A stretch of 64,000 bases of DNA, from assembly GCA_044351265.1 (NCBI GenBank), contig JBILGC010000003.1, positions 22,886-86,885 on the forward strand. Reading direction: 5' to 3'. The notes below the pieces were generated by a model that searched no databases, had not been told where the DNA came from, and worked only from the letters and a program-made list of their open reading frames with translations. Source of the DNA: Bacteroidia bacterium. Its GTDB lineage: Bacteria > Bacteroidota > Bacteroidia > UKL13-3. Of the stretch, positions 57,811 to 64,000 are shown piece by piece (position 1 is the first letter of the stretch; each line of letters begins with the position of its first letter). A program made the position numbers and the translations under genes.

Positions 57811-59904
57811 CTATACAGCTCCATTCCATTTTCTGATAAACCACTCCAGGCTAAATAGCGCGACAATTAAGAAGAAAATCCATTTTAGGTTAATCCAGCT
57901 TAATATTTCCTCCTGTTTATAAACAACAGGTTTAATATTTTCATTATCCCTTATGGCTTTTGCCAATTGCTTTGGCTCATTGAGATAAAATAAGGAGGCA
58001 CCTGATTGTGATGAGAGCTCGCGCAATAACTGATGATCGGCTGTGGTATGCAAGAATTCTACCTGAAGCGGTACAACTATAAACTGCCCTTTTAATATTT
58101 CATATTTATTGCCTGCAATTGTTTTTGCTGTAAAACTATAGTTTCCGGGAGGCATCAATCCTGCATTCAATTGATACCCTTTTCCGCTTTTACTGAATGT
58201 ATATTGAAATTGTTTATTTCGGCTATCAGTAATAATCATCTGCACATCGGCCGTATTGATTAGCTCATAGCTTTCATTATACACTTCGGCATCAAATATT
58301 ACAGGTTCTGCTTCGCTAAAGCGTTTCAGGTGATTAATTTTAAAACGTCCTTTATCTTCTTTGGAAGCAAGATATTGGACAGTTTTGCCAATAAGCATAT
58401 TAAATGTTAGTTGCCTGTTTTGCTGAAAATCCCATAGTCGCCATTTCCACAATCCCTCTCCACAAACAAACCCTTTTCTTACACCTTCACCTCTGGTAAA
58501 AAACCACAAAGGATAATCGGTTTTTACATACCCTATTTGCTGTTTGAGTAAAATATCTGCCTCCGAGCGAATAATATAATTTCCATAAGGTGCAAACAAT
58601 GGTGGGAACTTTGAGATTCGATCTGCATCTTCATCTGTTAGTACAAATGACGCAAATGTATTTTGAGCAACAGGCTGGGCATCATTACTTGCCATGCGGC
58701 TTGATTGCACAAGCAAATCATTTTCTGTTTGGTTCCATATGGAGAGATTGGTTTGCGAGCCCAGGATATGCAATACTGGAATCTTCTGATCATTGATTTG
58801 CCTGATAAGCATGGCTCCCTCGCCTCTCGGGCCGGGGAGCTGATGCAAAACCATCAAACTTATATCCTTAGTTAAATTTACCGATTCGTTTCCATTGATA
58901 AACTGAACATTTACTTCGTAATTCTCATTTTCTGCCATGCTATTGCGCAAAGCAGCTATATCAGGATGAGGAGCCAATGCAACAATTTTAATCTTTTGCT
59001 TTCCATTTATAACTTGTACAAAAACATCGAAGCGGTTATTGGCTATAGATGCTTCACCTCGCAGCGGTGCAACTTTTATAACAAAATGTTGCGTACCCTC
59101 TTTCCCTGCTTCTACATCCAGTTGTATGGTATTAAAAAATCGTCTGCGGTCTATTGTGATGGCTTTGCTATGAATCAATTGCTCCTTGTTTGTAACACTT
59201 AGGGTTGCTGCCTCCCCCTGGTATCCAAAGGCACGTATATCAATACTTAAAGGAAATGTATTGCCTTCATAAACCAATTGGTTGTGCCTCACTTGCTGTA
59301 TGATGACATCTTTCTGCTGAACGGTATCACCCAATGCAACTGTATAAACTGGCGAACGCATCTCGGCTGCTGCATACAAAGGGTTACTGCCTTCATTATA
59401 AATTCCATCTGTTGCGATAACAATAGCACCGGTATTTTTCCAGTCGAACGTTTGATTTACCTCTTTAAAAACATTTGCAATATCTGTTTGCTTGTCATTA
59501 AAATCAGGTACGCTACCTGCATTCATTTTCTTTCCAAATACATAAGTGCGCAGCTCAAAATTATCTCCTAGCTCATTCGTTAATTCATCAAGCCAATTTG
59601 TGATTGCCTGCTTTACACCTGCCGAATCTTTTACAGCCTGCACTGATTGCGAATTATCTAAAGCAATGATGATGTATGGCTTTTCTGTTTTGGAAGAAAT
59701 CCATTTAAACAAGGGACCAAGAATAAGCAGGCAAAGAATAAATATACCAGCGAATCTGATAAATAGCATTAACCTATCCATCCAGCGTGAGAACCTACCC
59801 GTAAATTCAAGTTTATGATTCCGGTATAGAATCCTCGCACCGGCAATTGCAACCAGTAAGGAAGGAATAATAAGCCATGCAGATAACTCAGTGCTTAGAA
59901 ACAT
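57811..59904 (-). CDS. Membrane-anchored vWA-domain protein (BatA/Bat-like aerotolerance-type architecture)
   Basis: Two N-terminal TM helices, a MIDAS-like IIALDNSQSVQ (DxSxS) and a C-terminal TM anchor WIFFLIVALFSLEWFIRKW. 697 aa. Confidence 0.5.
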   Translation of the reverse strand: MFLSTELSAWLIIPSLLVAIAGARILYRNHKLEFTGRFSRWMDRLMLFIRFAGIFILCLLILGPLFKWISSKTEKPYIIIALDNSQSVQAVKDSAGVKQAITNWLDELTNELGDNFELRTYVFGKKMNAGSVPDFNDKQTDIANVFKEVNQTFDWKNTGAIVIATDGIYNEGSNPLYAAAEMRSPVYTVALGDTVQQKDVIIQQVRHNQLVYEGNTFPLSIDIRAFGYQGEAATLSVTNKEQLIHSKAITIDRRRFFNTIQLDVEAGKEGTQHFVIKVAPLRGEASIANNRFDVFVQVINGKQKIKIVALAPHPDIAALRNSMAENENYEVNVQFINGNESVNLTKDISLMVLHQLPGPRGEGAMLIRQINDQKIPVLHILGSQTNLSIWNQTENDLLVQSSRMASNDAQPVAQNTFASFVLTDEDADRISKFPPLFAPYGNYIIRSEADILLKQQIGYVKTDYPLWFFTRGEGVRKGFVCGEGLWKWRLWDFQQNRQLTFNMLIGKTVQYLASKEDKGRFKINHLKRFSEAEPVIFDAEVYNESYELINTADVQMIITDSRNKQFQYTFSKSGKGYQLNAGLMPPGNYSFTAKTIAGNKYEILKGQFIVVPLQVEFLHTTADHQLLRELSSQSGASLFYLNEPKQLAKAIRDNENIKPVVYKQEEILSWINLKWIFFLIVALFSLEWFIRKWNGAV

Positions 59905-59923
59905 GAATTTGCTTCTGAAAAAA

Positions 59924-60670
59924 TTACATTACCATACCACCGCAAACATTGATAGTTTGGCCGCTGATATAAGCCGACATATCTGATGCAAGGAAAAGTA
60001 CGCAGTTGGCTACATCTTCAGGAGATCCACCTCGCTTCAGTGCAATACCTTTTGTCCACTCTGCGCGCACCTCTTCCGATAATGCCTCTGTCATTTCTGT
60101 TTCAATAAAGCCCGGAGCAATGGCATTGCAACGAATATTGCGTGAGCCCAATTCTTTGGCAACCGACTTTGTAAAACCAATCATACCAGCCTTTGATGCA
60201 GCATAATTGGCCTGACCTGCATTGCCGGTAATTCCTACAACAGATGTAATATTGATGATAGAACCAGATTTAGCCTTCATCATTGGGCGCATAGCAGATT
60301 TTGTTAAAGCAAAAGCTGATTTCAAGTTGGTATCCATCACATCGTCCCATTGCTGCTCTGTCATGCGCATGAGCAAACCATCACGGGTAATACCGGCATT
60401 GTTTACCAAAATATCCAATGAGCCAAAATCCTTTACAATTTCATCTACAATTTTATCTGCCTCTGCGAACTCAGCAGCATTGCTTTGAAAACCTTTGGCT
60501 TTTACACCAAGAGCAGCTAGTTCTGCCTCAAAGGCTTTTGCTTTTTCTACGGAGCTCACAAATGTGAAAGCAATATTGGCTCCTTGTTGTGCAAGTTTTA
60601 ATGCTATACCCTTGCCTATGCCTCGGGTGGCACCGGTAACCAATGCAGTTTTTCCTGTTAAAAGTGTCAT
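59924..60670 (-). CDS. fabG: 3-oxoacyl-[acyl-carrier-protein] reductase
   Basis: TALVTGATRGIGKGIALKL, NNAGITRD, YAASKAG. 248 aa, classic FabG. Confidence 0.9.
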   Translation of the reverse strand: MTLLTGKTALVTGATRGIGKGIALKLAQQGANIAFTFVSSVEKAKAFEAELAALGVKAKGFQSNAAEFAEADKIVDEIVKDFGSLDILVNNAGITRDGLLMRMTEQQWDDVMDTNLKSAFALTKSAMRPMMKAKSGSIINITSVVGITGNAGQANYAASKAGMIGFTKSVAKELGSRNIRCNAIAPGFIETEMTEALSEEVRAEWTKGIALKRGGSPEDVANCVLFLASDMSAYISGQTINVCGGMVM

Positions 60671-60711
60671 GCGTAATTAAATTATCAGGCGTAAAAGTAA
60701 GCTAGTGAAAG

Positions 60712-61401
60712 CTATTGTGCAAATTCATTATTGGCTGCCTGCAGCACACTCTGCGGATCAATCACATGGCCGCCTTCAAAAGTAATCATGCGGGCTTTGA
60801 TGACCTGCATGAGCTGAATATATGCCTGAAGTTTTTCAGATGATATTAAATTATCAGCATTACCTGTAATATACGTTACAGGAGTTTTTGACAATACAGG
60901 ATGAATGGGGTTTTGCATTTCGGCAGCAATTTCACCCGAACAAACAACAAAATGGCTAATTGTAATCTTGCCAGCTGCAAGCCATCTGGAAGCAGTTGCA
61001 ACGCCCTGTGAAAAGCCCAGCAGTACTACTTTAACCCGTGCTGCATTTATCTGAAGAGATTCATATAGTTGATTTAGATATTCAATATAATCTGCTATTT
61101 CATAGAGGCGATCTTCGCTTGTCATCCATGAAGCGGCCGGACTACCTCCAAAGCCTTTGGCATAAAATTTATTCAAGCCTTCTGGCGCAATAATGAATCG
61201 CTCATCATTATCAAGCATTTCAAATTGTTTAATAAAATCAGATCCAAGTTGTGCATAGCCATGCAATACAAACCAAACTTCTTTTGTTTGATGATTCAAA
61301 GTACCCAAAGTGAAAAAGCGGGCAGTTTTCTTTACAGTAAGATAGTGGGTTTGCATGGTTACTTTCTTATTTGTGCAAACCAAATATAAACGAGCACACA
61401 T
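60712..61401 (-). CDS. Alpha/beta hydrolase (carboxylesterase/phospholipase-like)
   Basis: WFVLHGYAQ, nucleophile elbow LLGFSQGV, and His near the C-terminus (GGHVID). 229 aa. Confidence 0.65.
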   Translation of the reverse strand: MCARLYLVCTNKKVTMQTHYLTVKKTARFFTLGTLNHQTKEVWFVLHGYAQLGSDFIKQFEMLDNDERFIIAPEGLNKFYAKGFGGSPAASWMTSEDRLYEIADYIEYLNQLYESLQINAARVKVVLLGFSQGVATASRWLAAGKITISHFVVCSGEIAAEMQNPIHPVLSKTPVTYITGNADNLISSEKLQAYIQLMQVIKARMITFEGGHVIDPQSVLQAANNEFAQ

Positions 61402-61718
61402 CCGGTAAGATCGGCTAGCATATCAAAATAATCAAAGTTTCGGCTAGTGGTGAGCCTTCCTTGCATAACTTCTGTGAGCGCACCATAAACCGCTGCACCA
61501 ATTGCAGATAATCTTAAATGAGTAAGGCTTGGGACTATTGCCGCGTTAATAAGTAGGAAGGTTTGCGTTGCAAACAAAAACAAGTGAATTGGTTTATCGA
61601 AAGCAAATAAACTATCTAAACTTAGTTGCTCAAGGGTGCCGGTATTGGCAATGGTTGCAAACAGAATGAACATTGCCCAGAGTATGGCATACTTATATCT
61701 AAGCAACGTTAACATCAT
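61359..61718 (-). CDS. VanZ-family membrane protein
   Basis: 119 aa with 4 TM helices. FAFDKPIHLFLFATQTFLL and DMLADLTGCVLVYIW fit the VanZ-like pattern. Confidence 0.55.
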   Translation of the reverse strand: MMLTLLRYKYAILWAMFILFATIANTGTLEQLSLDSLFAFDKPIHLFLFATQTFLLINAAIVPSLTHLRLSAIGAAVYGALTEVMQGRLTTSRNFDYFDMLADLTGCVLVYIWFAQIRK

Positions 61719-61724
61719 AAAATA

Positions 61725-62942
61725 TTATTCTTGATTAATTGCTTTAATACCCGGAAGCTCCTTGCCTTCAAAATATTCAAGCAATGCTCCTCCTCCGGTA
61801 GAAACATAACTTACCTTTTTTTCAAAACCGAATTTAGCCACAGCTGCTGCACTATCTCCACCGCCAATAAGAGAGAAAGCTCCTTTTTCTGTAGCCTCTG
61901 CCACGGCAATAGCTGCCGCTTTGGTACCTGCCTCATAATGGCTCATCTCAAACACACCCATCGGACCATTCCATAAAATGGTTTTTGAATTTTTTATTAC
62001 TTCATCATTTGCTGCAATGGCTTTAGGGCCAATATCTAATCCCATCCAACCCTTTTCAATCATCTTATTATCGCACACCTTATGATTGGCTTCATTGGAA
62101 AAAGCGTCAGCCACTACTGAGTCCTCTGGCAACAAAAGTTTCACACCTTTTGCTTCGGCTTTTTTCATTAATTCAATACACAAATCCAAACGGTCGTCTT
62201 CGCACAGTGAAGAGCCAATTTCATAACCCATTGCTTTTAAAAAGGTATAGGCCATACCTCCTCCAATTATGAGGTTATCTACGCGCTCAAGCAAGTTTTC
62301 CAGTATCAAGAGTTTATCAGAAACCTTTGCACCACCTGTAATGGCTGTAAACGGACGCGCAGCATTTTTCATCACCTTTTCTGCATTCTCAATTTCTCTG
62401 GCCATTACATAACCAAAGCATTTTGCCTTAGGAAAAAATTGCGCTATTACAGCAGTAGATGCATGAGCGCGGTGAGCTGTACCAAATGCATCGTTTACAT
62501 ACACATCGCCATACGCTGCCAATTTTTGGGCAAAAGCAATATCACCTTTTTCTTCTTCTTTATAGAAACGCAGATTCTCCAATAATAAAACCTCGCCCGG
62601 TTTAAGCTTTACAGCCATTTGAGCTGCATCTGCACCTACGCAATCACTTGCAAATTTCACCTCTACTCCCAATAGCTCAGATGTATGTTTAACCGTATGC
62701 TTTAATGTATGCTTGTCATAATCCACAGTGCCATCTTCTTTTAATTTCTTTAACGGACGACCCAAATGAGACATGAGAATGCAGGAACCGCCATCGGCTA
62801 AAATCTTCTTAAGTGTTGGTATAGTAGCTCTTATACGTGAATCATCTGTAATTTCGAAAGTCTTTTTATCCAGCGGAACATTAAAATCCACACGAATCAG
62901 GGCTTTTTTGTCTGCAAATGAAATATGGTCAACAGTTTGCAT
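61725..62942 (-). CDS. pgk: Phosphoglycerate kinase
   Basis: [22 protein letters not shown] and GGGASLEYFEGK-type C-terminus ([16 protein letters not shown]). 405 aa. Confidence 0.95.
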   Translation of the reverse strand: MQTVDHISFADKKALIRVDFNVPLDKKTFEITDDSRIRATIPTLKKILADGGSCILMSHLGRPLKKLKEDGTVDYDKHTLKHTVKHTSELLGVEVKFASDCVGADAAQMAVKLKPGEVLLLENLRFYKEEEKGDIAFAQKLAAYGDVYVNDAFGTAHRAHASTAVIAQFFPKAKCFGYVMAREIENAEKVMKNAARPFTAITGGAKVSDKLLILENLLERVDNLIIGGGMAYTFLKAMGYEIGSSLCEDDRLDLCIELMKKAEAKGVKLLLPEDSVVADAFSNEANHKVCDNKMIEKGWMGLDIGPKAIAANDEVIKNSKTILWNGPMGVFEMSHYEAGTKAAAIAVAEATEKGAFSLIGGGDSAAAVAKFGFEKKVSYVSTGGGALLEYFEGKELPGIKAINQE

Positions 62943-63007
62943 GGTTAAATTTATTAATGTAAAAGTGAGGCAAAAATACTTTTTTTGAGGAGATTTAATA
63001 TTCGCTT

Positions 63008-63460
63008 ATGAATATGATAAAGAACATAACAATATGGTTATGCTGCCTTGCAGGCTTAGGTCTGGTTTCATGCAGCAATGAACAGGAGAAAATGCTTTGT
63101 AAAGCTTGGCAGGTAAGTGATGTTGTTTTCGTAAATGAATCGCAATCATTGGTGCAAAGTGATACCCTTCAGGGCAATATGCAAGAGGTTACCAAAACTT
63201 TAATAACCGATGTGCTTAAAAAAAATATTCATGTGTTTAACGATGATGGCACTTACCTAACAGGAAATGCAGTAGCCAAGACCGAAGGCAAGTGGGAACT
63301 AGAAGGGAAATCCATTCGATTCATCACAGAAAAAGAGGGTAAAAAAACAGATAAAATTATACCCATTGAGAAACTGCTAAAAGATACGTTGATTCTGCTT
63401 ATGAAAAATGATCAGTCGAGCATGCAAATGAAACTCATATTGACACCACTGCAACAATAA
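63008..63460 (+). CDS. Small lipoprotein, hypothetical
   Basis: Lipoprotein signal ...LGLVSCS. A 130-aa K/E-rich beta domain. Immediately followed (2 bp) by a Rieske protein gene. Confidence 0.4.
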   Translation: MNMIKNITIWLCCLAGLGLVSCSNEQEKMLCKAWQVSDVVFVNESQSLVQSDTLQGNMQEVTKTLITDVLKKNIHVFNDDGTYLTGNAVAKTEGKWELEGKSIRFITEKEGKKTDKIIPIEKLLKDTLILLMKNDQSSMQMKLILTPLQQ

Positions 63461-63462
63461 CG

Positions 63463-63819
63463 ATGAGTAAGAGAATAGTTTGGTATAAAGTTTATGATTT
63501 TAGCCTACATGGTGCAGAACCGCAGCAGCTTAATTCTGCACGCACCATTGATATTGAAGGCAAGCGCTTATGCCTGGCAAGAACAGTAGAAGGGTATTTT
63601 GCAATTGATGATAAGTGCCCACATGCAGGTGCACGTTTTGGGATGGGTGGCTGGTGTGACAATGGACTAGTGGTGTGTCCGGTGCATCGCTACAAATATG
63701 AGGCAAAAACAGGCAAAGGACTGCAAGGTGATTTTGTAGAAACCTATCCTACTGAGCTAAGAGCAGACGGTGTATACGTTGGGTTAAAGTCTGATAAGCC
63801 ACGTTGGTGGCCATTTTAG
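63463..63819 (+). CDS. Small Rieske [2Fe-2S] domain protein (NirD-like)
   Basis: CPHAGARFG...WCDNGLVVCPVHRYKY gives the CxH...CxxH Rieske ligands. 118 aa. Confidence 0.75.
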   Translation: MSKRIVWYKVYDFSLHGAEPQQLNSARTIDIEGKRLCLARTVEGYFAIDDKCPHAGARFGMGGWCDNGLVVCPVHRYKYEAKTGKGLQGDFVETYPTELRADGVYVGLKSDKPRWWPF

Positions 63820-63820
63820 T

Positions 63821-64000
63821 TTAATCAACAAATTTATATCCAACTCCGCGCTGCGATAAGATGTATCGGGGATTTTTAGGATCATCCTCAAAATATTTTC
63901 TAAGTGCGAGAATAAAATTATCAATGGTTCGAGTGTTAGGGATAACATTATAATCCCAGACTACTTTTAATATATGCTCCCTGCTCACCACCTGATTCTT
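63821..64000 (-). CDS. OmpR/PhoB-family response regulator, C-terminal winged-helix fragment (3'-end; the gene continues beyond the window)
   Basis: My own reverse-strand translation: ...KNQVVSREHILKVVWDYNVIPNTRTIDNFILALRKYFEDDPKNPRYILSQRGVGYKFVD*. This is a classic trans_reg_C terminus (RGVGYKF). Confidence 0.7.
   Translation of the reverse strand, partial: KNQVVSREHILKVVWDYNVIPNTRTIDNFILALRKYFEDDPKNPRYILSQRGVGYKFVD

Noticed and set aside
1-64000. Search for CRISPR arrays, tRNA/rRNA genes, integrases/transposases, phage or conjugative genes, toxin-antitoxin pairs and nuclease/helicase defence modules
   Set aside because: I found none of these. Intergenic regions are short (mostly under 150 bp) and lack direct-repeat arrays. 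No recombinase, relaxase or nuclease-like ORF was seen. The window looks like core or accessory chromosomal envelope and metabolism genes rather than a mobile island.

Overview
This window reads as a chromosomal segment from a Bacteroidota genome, probably Chitinophagaceae or Sphingobacteriia. The call rests on AT-rich sequence (GC about 40%), two proteins ending in type IX secretion (T9SS) C-terminal sorting domains, TonB-dependent receptor/HmuY architecture, TAnnTTTG-type -7 promoter boxes and no Shine-Dalgarno signal. It is densely coding, with about 58 CDS. I found no tRNA or rRNA genes, no CRISPR array and no transposases or integrases. Housekeeping genes present are kmo-kynU (kynurenine pathway), anmK, rsfS-birA-coaX, lptC, typA, corA, fabG, pgk, an acyl-CoA dehydrogenase and a LytS/LytTR two-component pair. 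The most interesting content is two separate envelope-glycosylation loci with the same parts list. Each has a polyprenyl-phosphate-sugar-synthase-like GT2, a SAM methyltransferase, a flavoenzyme and a large GT-C-fold membrane glycosyltransferase. Locus A (23344-29462, minus strand) has a membrane-anchored GtrB-like GT2, a methyltransferase, an amine-oxidase-fold flavoprotein and a 980-aa GT117/DUF2723-like membrane protein. That protein carries C-terminal TPR repeats and an unassigned N-terminal domain of about 230 aa. Locus B (39607-47159) encodes clear homologues of the mycobacterial DprE1/DprE2 pair, which epimerises decaprenyl-phospho-ribose to decaprenyl-phospho-arabinose. They sit beside a soluble GT2, a methyltransferase, an 814-aa YfhO-family protein and a further 536-aa polytopic membrane protein. 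This looks like a lipid-linked sugar epimerisation and transfer pathway not normally described in Bacteroidota. Other points worth a second look are listed below. They include a TBDR flanked by two HmuY-like proteins (one with a T9SS sorting domain), a T9SS cargo operon with tandem repeats, an unannotated 59-aa membrane ORF coupled to lptC, a TrpF-like protein lacking the catalytic Cys, a periplasmic (Tat) class-V PLP enzyme, an RsfS with a histone-like K/A-rich N-terminus, and a small Cys-containing secreted ORF abutting the LytS/LytTR pair. All assignments come from reading the translated ORFs against remembered family motifs. No database search was run.
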